A DNA stretch of 54,311 nt, from the NCBI GenBank assembly GCA_000934665.2, contig JYFJ02002605.1, positions 1-54,311 of the forward strand, in the 5' to 3' direction. Shown here one piece after another: positions 1-12,671 of this stretch. How positions within the stretch are numbered: the stretch's first letter is position 1; every line of letters starts with the position of its first letter. The stretch comes from Catajapyx aquilonaris. Its lineage: Eukaryota. Below the pieces are notes generated by a model, which was not told the DNA's origin, did not search any database, and saw nothing but the letters and a program-made list of their open reading frames with translations. A program made the position numbers and the translations under genes.

Positions 1-690
1 TCCAGTAACTGCCGCATGATGGCAGTCCGAACTGCACGAGTTCAAAGGATTAAGACAGCAGCGCCAATGTTTCAAATGTCCACCTTTCCTGCCCACGGGA
101 TGGGATTGCAACGGTAACTCCAGATAGGATTGAGCGGGTTGGGCACAAGACCACATACAGTCTTTTTTCATCTGCCGATTGACAAATGGAGCTCATAAAG
201 GGGAGGTGTGGTGGCCGAGATGGTAACGTCTCTGCTTGCTGAGTGAAAGGTCCCAGGTTCGATCCCCGCCTGGGAGTTCCCTTTCACCTGCGTCAGGAGG
301 GTCTCTGACCTGCACCTTGGAGGTGTCTGGCAACCTAACCTCCTGGGGGACTACACATGGCCCAAAGGTTTAAGACATTGCACCTGCACAAGTGTCCCCT
401 CCCCAACAACCCCTACCCTTTCCCAATGTCCCTGTTTCCTTGCAGCGGAGAAAGAAGCTGAAAATATATATAGCAAACTGATGGTGGTGTGCCACCCCCC
501 TATAGACATCACGTAAGGGACATCACGGGGTAAACAAAAAAAAAATTTTAAGCTCAAAATGAAACAAACTAAGGTGAGGCCAAAACTTTATACATTTTTT
601 AGCATTTAAAACTTAAAGCATTTAGATATGTCCACTAGTTTTCGAGTTATAGGGTTTAAAAATCAATGCAAACTTTTTCGATCCCCCTGT
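1..690 (+). mobile_element. Decayed 3' part and right TIR of a Tc1/mariner-like DNA transposon, interrupted by a SINE
   Basis: Bases 110-197 resemble 15435-15520 (ACGGTAAC..GAGCGGGTT..GACAAATG.AGCTCATA). Bases 560-690 resemble 16146-16215 plus 16963-17006 and end in ...CCCTG|TA, a Tc1-type terminus with TA. Confidence 0.6.
200..545 (+). mobile_element. tRNA-derived SINE, family A
   Basis: A-box TGGCCGAGATGG, B-box GGTTCGATCCC and an A-rich tail; homologous to copies at 8606, 19296 and 31738. Confidence 0.9.
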
Positions 691-1056
691 ACTTCATTAT
701 AAGGGGTTTAGGTGATACTTTAAAGATGCTCTAAATGTCACTATATTCATCATGTCACTTCTTCATTGAAAACGTAGTTAACTTACGTATATCAGGAAAG
801 AGTCGGGTGAGTGATCTGCAAATGACCATGCTAATTAATGCAAGGGTGTGCCCAGAAAACACAGATAATCCGAAAATGGTCCTAGACACTGTACTGTAAA
901 GTTTAGCTATTCAGGGGGTTTAGGGGGGGGGGGGNGGGGGGGGAGGGATAAAGAGAATTTGGGAGTAAAGTTCTCGCTAACAAACAACAGCAGAACCGAT
1001 TTTGTGTGTGCGTGTGTGTGTAAGTGTAACTGGCCTCTCTCTTACACATGTATACT

Positions 1057-1284
1057 TTATAATTGATATTAAGGAGGTTGGCCCAGCATTGCCTTTCAAC
1101 CTCCAAGGATAGGGAAGGAAGGAAGCGGCTGTGGCCTATTACACGGAAGCGATCCCGGAATTATCCTAGAAAGACCGTGGAAAACCACAGAAAACCACGG
1201 TCAGGGTTGCCGGCCCCGGGATTCGAACCCAGGACCTCCCGATTAGCAGTCGGACGCCCTATCCACTATGCCAACCTGCTTCGG
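1057..1284 (-). mobile_element. tRNA-derived SINE, family B (tail type 3)
   Basis: Minus strand has TGGCATAGTGG and GGTTCGAATCCC boxes; 14-bp TSD TACACATGTATACT at 1043-1056 and 1285-1298. Confidence 0.88.
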
Positions 1285-1728
1285 TACACACATGTATACT
1301 GTACGTTTCCCATATTCTTAATGTAGTATTTTAAAAAGTCATTTGCATTTGGGAGTAATTTACGCCACAATAAAATTTTAAGTCATGTCGTAACAAGCAC
1401 CAAAAAATTCGAAAAAATTCGGTGCTCCGGACCTGCAAAGCCGATTTTTATATTTAGCTATAACCTTTCGGCAAATAATAATTTTGTCAAAATTTGGCTG
1501 ATTTGAGAACTACTAGAAGTTGGGGGAACCCCGCTAATTTTCACGGTTTTTATTGTGCCTAGAGGGAATGTTCAACCGCAGACGCGACCCTTCTTTTGTG
1601 TAGGGAGGGTGGGATCGAGTGTCTCCTCTTTTGGCCAGAGTTGGAACTCGAAGAAGTCCAGATTCTCTATATGCCCCCCTTAAATTAACTACTGTACATA
1701 GCTTTATTTAGTTCACTTTTTGGCATTT

Positions 1729-2013
1729 CAAATCAAATCATTCATACCCGTTATCAGCCTATTGGCTCTTTAGGGGGGAAGTTTTTGTTTTGCCTGGAAC
1801 TCTGCTTTCATTTTACTGCGCTTTTTGGGATAGAATAGGGACGGAAGGAAGGGGCTGTGGCCTATTAATTATGGAAGCAACTCCGGAATTTTCCTGGAAG
1901 GACCGTGGGAAACCACAGAAAACCACGGTCAGAGTTGCCGGCCCCGGGATTTGATCCCAGGACCTCCCGATTAGCTGTCGGACACCATATCCCCTACTCC
2001 AAACTGCTTCGGT
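1729..2013 (-). mobile_element. tRNA-derived SINE, family B (tail type 1)
   Basis: Head homologous to 1110-1284; 15-bp TSD CACTTTTTGGCATTT at 1714-1728 and 2014-2028; (TTTGA)n tail. Confidence 0.88.
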
Positions 2014-2044
2014 CACTTTTTGGCATTTTCTCTAGCACTGCCAT

Positions 2045-2410
2045 GGTGCTTCTTGAGTTTCAATGCGTGTTCTGAATTAAAACACCATCAGTTTCTGATA
2101 TGACAATTCTTCACTAAAATAATAATAGCAAAAGGAAAAGATGGGAATGAGTAGGACTATTTTTAGATGTTTTTCTTAGAAGTTGGTTAATGGGATTTTG
2201 TCAACTGATTTTGTCAACTGATTTTTGTCAACTGATTCAATTACTTTCCTAGCAGACTCGTAACTCATGAATCGATACACTTCTGCTATGGCTACTGCGA
2301 ACAACAATATTAGGATGAAAAAGTGCACGGTTGTTATGCACCTGATGGACCTGTCTACTTTGAAGTTCCATGGTCCTGCATGTTGACCTCATATGGAAGT
2401 ATAACTTACC
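2045..2410. repeat. Unclassified dispersed repeat, second copy at ~27238-27620
   Basis: Shared blocks TGCTTCTTGAGTTTCAATG, ATAATAGCAAAAGGAA.ATGGGAATGAGTAGGA and GTTCCATGGTCCTGCAT; includes three copies of TTTTGTCAACTGA at ~2196-2236. Confidence 0.75.
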
Positions 2411-2854
2411 AAAATGTCCCTGTCCTCTTCGCTTATCTGAACTGGGTTCAAACAGCCAGCAGCTAGCTGCCTGGTTCTGGTGTAGCATGAGGGTTGCTGG
2501 AGATAATGTGTGTAGTGTGTTTAGGACCATGATGCATAATGCACTTTCAAACATGGTGTGTGGATTGATTACTATGTTTGCATACATGAGGTCAGGCGTC
2601 AGGCCAACTCCCTGGCTTGCAGTTGGATTTGGGGTAAACCTGTTTGCCAACCAAGTTTGACTTGACCTGCCTTAGTTGAATTAGACCCCTGTACTATCAT
2701 GCGAATCATATTCTTACACTGCTGCCATAAGATTTTTCACAGTTGTATCAAGGAATTGTTCCTTATTTAAGTCTGATGCCAAATTAGGATAGAGGATAGT
2801 AAACTGGATGTTCAAATTGAAATATCATAAAGTGGTTAGTGGTTTTTGTGCATA

Positions 2855-3570
2855 CCGTATTACCTCTCATATTAAGGCATGCCGGTGTAGATGAGGTCGA
2901 CCAGTTTTTAGAAATGCATGATCTGGTGGCTATACTGGCATGCCGGTATAAGGCGAGGTATTCCGGTATAAGGCGAGGTTTTCACATAAGTTACATTATC
3001 CTTTCTGAACTTGACATTTGTCTGAAAATCGAAATTCACGTAAAGGCTATCGAAAAGGCACATTTCCCAAATAGGGTACCCGTACCATATAGTTTTCAAT
3101 TGCAGTGTTTGGCAATATTAAATCTCTATTTAGGGCCGGTTTCACCGAGCTTGGTATATGATAAAACCAGGTTTCTTTAGGAAAATCCATACAAATAGAT
3201 AGGGATTTTGAGAAATACCCTGGTTTTATCATATACTGAGCTCGGTGAAACCGGCCCTAAAACAGTATGTTAGAGCAGGGGGTTCCCCTGTCAAAGCAGG
3301 CTGACGATGGGATCGGTCATACACTCTACATTTTTTTAAATTCACTGTGCATCAGAACTGACATATTCTCACAGCCTGTACACTCGCCCATTTTTCATTG
3401 TAGCATTATTTTAGTATGGTACCAGAAGCATTCCAAAAAATTTGGCAAGGATCAAAATTACGGAAATCTACCTCGGTTATTGCCGCATGCCGGCCACCCC
3501 CGGGTTATACCGGCATGCTGGTCGACCTCGTTTTATACTGGCGTGCTGCGCAATATGAGAGGTGATACAG
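2855..3570. mobile_element. Tigger/pogo-like MITE
   Basis: TIRs CCGTATTACCTCTCATATT and AATATGAGAGGTGATACAG flanked by TA; partial copy of the right half at ~17140-17417. Confidence 0.75.
3133..3257. mobile_element. Small palindromic Harbinger/Tourist-like MITE nested in the Tigger-like MITE
   Basis: About 43-bp inverted arms GGGCCGGTTTCACCGAGCT.. and ..AGCTCGGTGAAACCGGCCC with TWA flanks. Confidence 0.7.
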
Positions 3571-4049
3571 TATAAAGTTCAGCGTAGTCCGGTAGGGTCG
3601 CCACATAATAGCTCCGTGAAAGGTCTCATGGCGCTCTCAGGTGAGCACCTCATGCAGGCAGGCAGGCAGGCGATAAGATAATATTGTAGGGGAAGTGTCC
3701 GGGGGCTGGTGTCCCCTGATGATATCTCCACCTTGACGTGGTTGTGAGGCGTGCGGTCTCCTATAACCCTGCGGTCTCCTATGACCCTGCGAGCTATGCC
3801 GGCAGTATCTTCGTCTAGTGGTAGAATCTCCCAAGCCGGAGAGGTCATGGGATAGGAGACAGACAAAGAGAGATACCAGTCTTTCCTATCTTTTTTTTCT
3901 CCCTGTTTCTATCACCATTTGTATCCTCTAATAGCTAGATAGCTTTAGTTGCTTTGGCTTCTTCCCACTACATCAATCATTTAATCTTGTAGTTGGTGTG
4001 GATGCAGTGGCTGTGTAGGAGATCCTGCTGTTTGAAGTGGAAGACGAGG

Positions 4050-5450
4050 CAAGGGATTTGAGGATGGTGCTGGACAAGATGACGGCTCATTTTGTCCCAC
4101 AGACAAATTGAACAGATGAGGCATAGAAGTTCACTCTACTCCATCAGCCACCATGTTAATTAATTGACCAGTTTGTCACGAAACTAAGGAGGGGTGCCCA
4201 ATTGCAAATATGGAGACCTGACAGATAGCTTATTAATTGTCAACCAAATAGTGCTGGTATAGCTGATGATGAGGTGAGGGAAAGGTTGCTGCGCACTCCG
4301 CCCAACCTCGAGCCGGACACAGTGGTCCACATCTGCTGAGCTGAGCGGCTGATTCCTCAAGGCTGAGTCCCTGAGTTCAACAATGGCATCTGTCTGCCAA
4401 GCGAAACATCCAAAGCCAGCCCCATAACACCAGACAAAGGCCTGGCGACCACCATCTCAGCGGCAGGCCAGCAGCAAGATCAGTTTCCAGCTACAGCAAC
4501 ACTACAAGTGCAAGTCAGCTCAGAGGGGATTGTGGGTACTGCGGAAGAGATGACCAGGGCATGGTGAGACCTGTGCCAATAGTGGCAAAAAAAATGGACA
4601 CAAGTGCAAATTTTGGAAATGGTCAATCAATCCTGTGTGGGAGAAAGTTACTTGAGGATTTCTTTGATGGGTTGCCATTACCATAAGCCAATTGACTATT
4701 TCTTAAAGTACATGGACGTGTCATTAGTAGTGAATCTTAGAGATTACTACTACCTTATCCCTGAGTTGAAGATGTTCTCTTTGCTGGGAATTCCCAGACT
4801 ATCATGACTGATGGAGGCCCACCATTCAACAGCTCACCTTTTTCACCTGTCGAGAACAGTGACACTAGTGCACGTCCATACCAATCCCCTTTTGACCCAA
4901 TCAAATTGCCAACTATCAAGAGCCATTCAAACCTGCAAGCACCATTTTCAAAAGTCCCTGTCCATCTCCAGCAACCTTTCCAGTGTCCTTTTAACCCCCA
5001 AAATGATTACCCAAACAGAATTCAACAACTTCCCAGTAAAACTCCTTATGGGCAGAAAGTTAAACATAATTATGTTCCTTCAATCCTACCTCTGATTCAA
5101 TCGGCTCATCGCCACGAAGTCCAGGAGGCCTTGGAAACAACGGAAACATTGGAAGCTTGGAAACAAAGCAGTGGGCTGAGGAAACTGCAACAAGCCTGCA
5201 GATCTCCCTGCAGACCTGGTGCAGAAAGGGCGACGAGACGGGTCCTGGATATTGGGACAGGTGGTAGGATCAGCGGCATCACCAAGGTCCTACCAAGCTG
5301 TACATGATGTGGGAGGAAAGCTCGGGAGGTACAGACAACATTTTATACCAGCGCCCAAGTGTCCTGCAACCACAGCTGTGGACCTGCCAGTTAGGACACC
5401 GCCTGTCGTGGCTGATGGGAGTGACACCGCCTACTTTAGAAAATGAAGGT
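4050..5450 (+). mobile_element. Decayed, internally deleted Ty3/Gypsy (mag-like) LTR retrotransposon remnant: gag and integrase fragments
   Basis: Frameshifted gag-like words DQFVTKLR, CKYGDLTDSL and ADDEVRERLLR (4165-4295); integrase-like TDGGPPFNS (4807) and LLMGRKL (~5042); no RT motifs seen. Confidence 0.6.
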
Positions 5451-7104
5451 GTAGCCATTATTTCCTGAGTTAAAATTCAAACACCTGTATCTTAAAAAGC
5501 TGAAGCAATACTGAGCAGGTTTGAACTTGCATCGTTAGCTGGGACTCTACTGATGCCCCCGTCACTACTGCCAGCTCTATAGCAGCAGCAGAAGAAGACC
5601 CCCCCCCCCTCCCCCCCAAATTTAAAATATAACAACGGTGCAGGTGTGGACACTAGGCATATATGGGTTAAAGTTCTGCGGATTTATACTGCACTAACCT
5701 TTTCCCAGTTATTTTCCTTTTTGGTCGAGAAGAGATGATCGGGAGAACCGCAAGTCATACTAATTTAAGTTCAGTTTCTCTCCTAGATTCTGGGAATGTT
5801 CGAAGTTTGGGGGTAGGTGGGGTGGGTAGTAAGAAAAGACTAAAAACCTCCGAGGTTCGACTTTCCATTGTTAATGTAAGAGGGATTCATAATAAGTGTG
5901 ATATTGTTAGGAAAGCATTTGTTGATGCTCGTTTAGATATAATGTGCTTGTCTGAGACCAAGATGAAGGGGTGTTCAGCGGGTGATTTCAATGGGCTAAC
6001 AGGTTTCTGGTCTGGTGTAGATGAAAGGGAGAGGGCTTGTGCAGGTGTTGGTATACTGATTAGTCCTAAGCTGGTGCACTGCGTGAAAGGATATAGTCAG
6101 GTTAGTGAGAGAATAATGTGGGTGAGTCTGAAGGTGGTTAAGACTAGGATTGTGGTTGTGGCTGTGTATGCACCAGTTGACTCATCTTCGGATGAGGATA
6201 TAAGGAGAGGTTCTGGGATAGCTTAAGTGCTGTGTTGAATGGGTTCAATGGTAATGAAAGGATAATTCTTGCAGGGGATTTTAACTCTTGGGTGGGTGTC
6301 TCTCGCCCGGGGTATGAGGGAGTGTTGGGTCGTTATGGGTATGGCAGGGTTAATGAAATGGTGTGAGTTTATTGGATTTATGTGTAGAGAGGGGCCTTTA
6401 TGTGTCTAATACTGTGTTTCCACACAAACGGATTCATCAGTATACTTGGGAGAATAGGTCATTAGGTCAGAAGTCCTTGATTGACTGTAGTGATAGATAA
6501 TAGGTTTAGGTCAAAGGTAGTTGATACTAAGGTGGTTAGAGGTGTAGATGTTGGTTCCGACCATTACCTGGTCGTCTCTAGGTTAAGGTTAGGTATTGGG
6601 TGGAGGATGTTTAAGAAAAAACCTGCGGTGGTTGAGAGGATTAAGGTTGAGCAACTTTCTGCATTAGGTTTGGAATATCAACAGCTAGTTTCTGATAGAT
6701 TGATAGAAGGGAACAAGACAGTAAAGTCCTTAGAAGAGGCTTGGGATGGTTTCAAGTCCTCCTTAGTGAGTAGTGCTGTTGATATTTGTGGTATGGCTAA
6801 GGTGGGTTGTATGAAGGGGGATCGTTGGTGGAACGAGGAGGTGGCTATAAGGCTGTTAATCGTAAGAAGGAGGCTTACTTAGGAATGCTGCAGGGTAGTG
6901 TCCCTGCAGGGGAGTATAGGTTTTGGAAGCGGGAGGCAGCACGGGTTGTTAGGGAGAGTAAGAAGCAGGTAGGTCTAGAGGAGAGTGAGAGGCTGGAGAA
7001 GGCCTTCAAGGAGGATGAGAAGTCTTTTTGGAAGACTGTTAGGAGGTTATAAGAACTGGCCATGGGGTTAGTGTTGTGGGTGTGAAGGATAAGAAGGGTG
7101 ACAT

Positions 7105-8463
7105 GTGTGGGATGGAGGAGAGGCGAAAGGGCGCTGGGGAGAGTATTCTAAGGACTTGCTGTCAGCAAGTGATAAGGCCACTTTTGATGTATCTGTAAGT
7201 TTAATTGGGGATGTTGTACCAAGTAATGATGGTTGTGGGGATATTGTTAAGAAGGAAGTTGCAGCTGCTGCTTTAGGACTTAAAGTAGGTAAATCCCCTG
7301 GGGTTGATGCTATTTCTTCGGAAATGGTGAGGTGTGGCGGGGATGATGTAGTTACTTTTTTGATTAATTTATGTAGGGTTTCTTTTGATAATGGTGTAGT
7401 TCCTAGGGACTGGAGGGATGCTATTATAGTACCTCTGTATAAGCGTAAGGGAGATGTGTGTGACTGCAAGAATTACCGTGGCATTAGTTTGTTAAGTGTA
7501 CCAGGGAAAGTGTATTCTAAGGTGTTGATAGAAAGAGTTAAGAGGGTCACAAGTCAGAGAATACTGAATATTCAGAGTGGGTTTATGTCGGGTAAGAGTT
7601 GTGTAGATCAGATATTCTGTATGAGACTCGTGATAGAAAAGTATTTAGCTGTAAACAAGAAGGTTTTTGTTGCCTTTGTAGACTTAAAGAAGGCATATGA
7701 CACAGTCAGTAGGGAAGGTTTGTGGGAAGTTCTGAGTCTCTATGGAGTGAAGGGCCGCCTGTTGGAGGCTGTAAAGTCATTGTATGAAGAGAGTAGAGCT
7801 TGTGTTAGAACTAGTGGGGGTTTCTCTGACTGGTTTAACATTAGTGTTGGGGTTAAGCAGGGTTGTGTCATGTCTCCCTGGTTATTTAACTTGCACTTAG
7901 ATGCATGTGTAAGGGAAGCTATGGTTGAAGGTGTAGGAGTGCAGTTTGGTGATGAGTTAGTTAGTCACTTGCTGTATGCAGATGATTCTGCCCTTCTGGC
8001 GGAGAGTGAGGCTGAGTTACAGTTGATCCTATGCAAGTTAGATAATGTTTGTGAAAAGAGGGGCATGAGGATTAACGTAGATAAGACTAAGGTTTTGGTA
8101 TTTGAGAGAGGACAGCAGGTTTCTCCTTGTACGTTGCATGTACGAGGAAAACTGGTTGAGCAGGTCAGCCAGTTTGTATACCTGGGTAGTGTCCTTGAGA
8201 GTAATTATGGTAGAATTGATGGGGAAATAAACAGGAGAGTTAGTTCTGGGTTGAAAGTAATAGGTGCCACAAGTAGGTTTTCTAGAAATAAGGACTTATC
8301 TTCTGCCTGTAGGTTGTCTGTCTATTCTCACGTTATTGTTCCTTCACTTATGTATGGTAGTGAAGCGTGGGTTTGGTCAGATAGGCATAAGAGTAGGGTG
8401 TTGGCTACAGAGATGCGTTATCTCCGGGCTGTTTGTGGGGTTACCAAGTTGCAAGTTCGATAG
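7105..8463 (+). pseudogene. Reverse transcriptase domain of the RTE element (largest open fragment, 452 aa)
   Basis: ORF track; YADD catalytic motif at ~7975-7986; flanked by frameshifts. Confidence 0.9.
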
Positions 8464-8605
8464 GATTAGGAATGAGGAGATTTTGGAGAGGTGTAATGTT
8501 AAGGAGACTGTTAAAGATAAGGTGTGTAGGTTTACTCTAAGGTGGTTTGGCCATGTGGAGAGGATGAAGGAGGAGGAGATTGTGAAGAAGGTTTATTTGG
8601 TTGGA

Positions 8606-8952
8606 TTTTTTTTTTTTTAAATTTACCCCGTGCCAGGCATCAATGGCCTATTTGGGGGGTGGCACACCACCATCAGTTTTCTCTGTCATTTTTCTTCAGT
8701 CACCGGTGCAAGGAGTCAAGGATGTAGGGTAGGGGTAGGGATTTTTGGGGAGGGAACATGGGGTGCAAGTGCATTGTCTACAACATGGGTCATGTGCTGT
8801 CCCCCAGGAGGTTAGGTTGCCAGACACCTCCTTGGTGCAGGTCAGAGACCCTCCCGACGCAGGTGAAAGGAAAGTTCCCCAGGCGGGGATCGAACCTGGG
8901 GCCTTTCACTCAGCAAGCCGTGACGTTACCATCACAGCCACCACACCTCCCC
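8606..8952 (-). mobile_element. SINE family A inserted in the 3' coding end of the RTE LINE
   Basis: Poly-T at 8606-8618; TSD ATTTGGTTGGA (8595-8605) and ATTTGGGTGGA (8954-8964); nearly identical to the copy at 31738-32094. Confidence 0.92.
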
Positions 8953-9321
8953 AATTTGGGTGGAGTAGTTGGTAAGAGGGGCAAGGGTAGGCCTAGGAAG
9001 ACATGGTTGGACCAGGTGGGCCAGTGTCTTAATAAGGGTGTTGCGAGTGTTAAGCCGAGACGTTCTAGGACCATGGACGTCGCTGAGGCTAGGGTTGTTT
9101 GTATGGATAGGTGTAAATGACATAGGTTAATTAATGGGTAAATAGGTAAATATGTCTGAGGATAAGGTGATGTCTGAGGTGGGTAGGGGTGGGGGGTGGG
9201 ACAGGTTGTTTTTAGGTTTATTCTCATGAGTTTTATTAGTTCATATGTTGGGTTAGCTTGCGTCTCCATTCATCGCTGACTACCGCTTATAGGGAAATGT
9301 CGTGATGTTGTTGTTGTTGTT

Positions 9322-10280
9322 GATGTACGTGTCGTCAGACACGTGTTTCTCCTTTGATGGGTGTACATAATATTATGCTAATTACGCATAAATGTATTCA
9401 TTTTTATATGATGATATCTAATGAAATTTACATTATTACGTAGCCAACTGTACGTCCTTCTCTGTAATTCTGGTAATGTCTGGTTTATGGAGCCTGCCTG
9501 TCGTCACATAATATTATGCTAATTACGCATAAATGTATTCATTTTTATACGATGATATGAAATTTACATTATTCCGTAGCCAACTGTACGGGTACGTCCT
9601 TCTCTGTTCTGATAATGTCTGGTTTGTGGAGCCTACGTGTCGTCACATAATATTATGCTAACTAAGCATAAATGTATTCATTTTTATACGATGATATGAA
9701 ATTTACATTATTCCGTAGCCAACTGTACGGTACGTCCTTCTCTGTAATTCTGATAATGTCTGATTTGTGGAGCCTACGTGTCGTCACATAATATTATGCT
9801 AATTACGCATAAATGTATTCATTTTTATATGATGATATGAAATTTACATTATTCCGTAGCCAACTGTACGGTACGTCCTTCTCTGTAATTCTGATAATGT
9901 CTGGTTTGTGGAGCCTACGTGTCGTCACATAATATTATGCTAATTAGGCATAAATGTATTCATTTTTATATGATGATATGAAATTTACATTATTCCGCAG
10001 CCAACTGTACGGTACGTCCTTCTCTGTAATTCTGGTAATGTCTGGTTGATGTACGTGTCGTCAGACACGTGTTTCTCCTTTGTTGGGTGTACATAATATT
10101 ATGCTACTTACGCATAAATGTATTCATTTTTGTATTATGATATCAAATGCAATTTACATTATTACGTAGCCAACTGTCCACCGTAATTCCGTAGGATGAC
10201 TAGGCCGGATCTGGTTGATGTTCTGTGTCGTCATATGACATGTGTTTCTCCTTTGATGGGTGTACTGTACATAATATGCT
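9322..10280. repeat. Tandem array of a ~140-bp unit, about 6-7 copies
   Basis: CATAATAT(TATG) recurs at ~9366, 9507, 9646, 9787, 9928, 10092 and, partially, 10270. Confidence 0.93.
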
Positions 10281-11142
10281 GGTTAGAGATTGAAATCAAG
10301 AAATTGTGCAATTTGTTGATAGCAACAATAGCAACAACCATAAAAACGAATCTCAATCAGCTAGAACAACGAATATTACGCGGGTAAGAATTACTATGTT
10401 GTAACGGTAATGAAAATCCTATGTACCTGTATAGTTACAACTTTGTAATTCTCACCCCGCGATTAATTTATTCTTATTGAATGCATGATGTAAAATAATT
10501 GAATGTATCCCTGTATTATTCCTTCTTGGTTCTTGTGGTGAGAAATTCAACGTGTGTTGCAAGCCACTGGTTCAGATACAACAATACATATTTATAAATT
10601 GACATGATCCATAGGATGGACCTTACCAATGATGTCTTCATTCCATGAGTGTTAGCACAATGGTACTAAATTATACTTTCCGTTTGGAATGACATGTATT
10701 CAATTTCCGGCTCGGGAGGCAATATTGTTGTACTGTGCCTCTGTAAATTATTTTTTATAAGTGTGCTACAGAGTGAAATAAATAGTTTTGGAGTGGCAGT
10801 TCTTCACTTTTATTTGTTACTGTTTTCAAACATTCGCCCAATGTGCCATGGTGATGGCAAGTTGAAAACACCTCATAACTCGTACATTAAGTACAGGTAG
10901 TGACGACCCAGGGTTCGCCCCGGGTCCGCCCTTAGCTAGCTCATACCAAGAAAACTAGGTGGGTTCCTTGAGCACTGGTTTATTGGACCTACAGGTCCCA
11001 AAGCTGAGTACAGACTAGCTTTTAGGCTTTTACAACCTAGACCCGCTGGGAGGGAAAGGAAAGGATTGGTGCTCCCACCAATAGGGTGGTCAGGGTCAAA
11101 CCTTTACCAGGTGCACGTTGGACATCTTAACCCGACCCCCTG

Positions 11143-11335
11143 CGAATAGCGGTTGAAATTTCTCGTCTTGTTTTATTAGAAAACTGGAAAAGTTACAGAG
11201 ATTACTTTACCTAATTTTGAAGCTCCGTTGATGTACATTAAATGTACATCAACGGAGCTTCAAAATTAGGTAAAGTAATGTCTAACTTTTCCAGTTTTCT
11301 AATAAAACAAGACGAGAAATTTCAACCGCTATTCG
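11143..11335. repeat. Near-perfect ~190-bp palindrome with essentially no spacer
   Basis: Arms CGAATAGCGG...GATGTACATT and AATGTACATC...CCGCTATTCG; only a 2-bp indel and one substitution noticed. Confidence 0.92.
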
Positions 11336-12353
11336 ACAAATTTTGTCGAGGCATGCAGATGACACATTAACTAGCAGAGGGATGAAAATTGTCAATTGTT
11401 TGCATTCAAGCAGTGCCGGGGAAGGCGAGTCTCGTTTCTTTTTTTCGCCCCCGTTCTCTCGAGTGATTATTATTGGACCATCTGTATACCCACACAAGGT
11501 GGGATAGATAGAGCTTCAAACCCCAGTAAAGTTAATATCTGTAACTATTTTCATTTTCAAATGAAAAGGGTAGGACGCTTTGGTCAAAAATAGGGTCGGG
11601 GGGGGGGGGGNGATTTGAAAATTACACCTACTTGATCAGGGAAGACAAGAATCAGAGTATTTAGCTAATTAGGAGACGTGTATCCTGTGTAATTGATCCT
11701 TGTTATACAATGTAGTTCCGGGGTTGGCAAGTGGGAGTTTGCTGCAGCAAATTGCCTTTGATATTTCAAATCAAACTAGCTGGCTGCATAATTAGCCAAG
11801 CGATCTCCCTCCCCCCCCCCCCCCCCCCCCCGCCTAACTGATGCCCAGTGACCATGTCACATTACTTTTCATAGAGAAACGCATTATGATCTAACGAGAT
11901 GTCTCAAAGGGTTAAACAATCATTATACTAAGCATCATTTATCTTTTACACAAATCCAGCCCTGCCCTTCACGCAGCCAATGTTCGTACATTCGGGACAG
12001 GAAAAGACTGCAGAACTTTCGCGGGTTTTTTTTTGAAGCTAATATAATAATTAGTTGTTATTATTATACTAGCTCCGGCACAGTTGCCGTGCATGCTAAT
12101 TTTTGGGCCGTTAGTAGCTAAGCTGTTTTGGAAAGATGGCTGCTGCAGGAACATGCTTCTCCTGCTTCTCCTGATTGTCTTGTCTGCCCTACACTCGTCG
12201 GCCTCGTGCCTGCTCGCCCGTAACAGCGTCTGACGGAAAAGGTGGTAGTTTGCCTCTGGAGTGCCCATCTGGAACTGGAAGGTAGGAAGGAAAGAGAAGA
12301 TCCGGGGCGATCCATACGCCAGGTTCGTGTGCAGTAGTGACTGGGGCGCGGAG

Positions 12354-12671
12354 CAGCGTTGCCAACCTGAACCGTAGAAAATACCGTACCACAAGAGTCA
12401 AAATTACCGGATTTCGCCTAAAATTACCGTACATTTTAAAACACGGCATTGCCGGCACAATTTTTCGGGGATTCAAGGTCGCACAAGCTTAGGTGAATGT
12501 AACTGACAGAGAACAGTGGAATCCTCCTATACTGTAAGCACGCCGGATTTCATTATATTAATTTTTATTTTGAGGACACAGTAGCGATTTTACCGTATAC
12601 CGTGCATGTAATTACCGTACACAGTAATTTACCGTATGCCCCCACAATTACCGCTCAGGTTGGCAACGCTG
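12354..12671. mobile_element. hAT-like MITE
   Basis: 17-bp TIRs CAGCGTTGCCAACCTGA and TCAGGTTGGCAACGCTG; imperfect 8-bp TSD GCGCGGAG/GGGTGGAG; repeated internal TACCG motifs. Confidence 0.75.

Larger units (their letters stand above)
5735..9322 (+). mobile_element. RTE-clade non-LTR retrotransposon (APE endonuclease plus reverse transcriptase), near full length but frameshifted
   Basis: APE motifs NVRG, LSETK, VYAP, GDFN, GSDH; RT motifs NYRGISLLSVPGKVY, FVDLKKAYD, GVKQGCVMSPWLF, LYADD, YLGS; C-terminal LRWFGHVERM and GRPRKTW; (TGT)n tail at ~9306-9322; split over at least 5 ORF fragments. Confidence 0.93.

Noticed and set aside
200..275. tRNA genes at the SINE heads (also 32650, 33995 and others)
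   Set aside because: A and B boxes are present but run into SINE bodies with tails and TSDs; I could not build a complete cloverleaf followed by a terminator.
7068..7469. Minus-strand ORFs over the LINE
   Set aside because: Antisense shadow of the RT coding frame.
8542..8975. Duplicated small ORFs (also 351-557, 19234-19571 and 31663-32118)
   Set aside because: They are translations of SINE A copies, not genes.
9290..9322. This RTE as the donor of the SINE tails
   Set aside because: Its 3' end (..GGGAAATGTCGTGA(TGT)n) does not resemble tail types 1-3.
9322..10280. CRISPR-like array
   Set aside because: Whole ~140-bp units repeat with no unique spacers; eukaryotic context and no cas genes.
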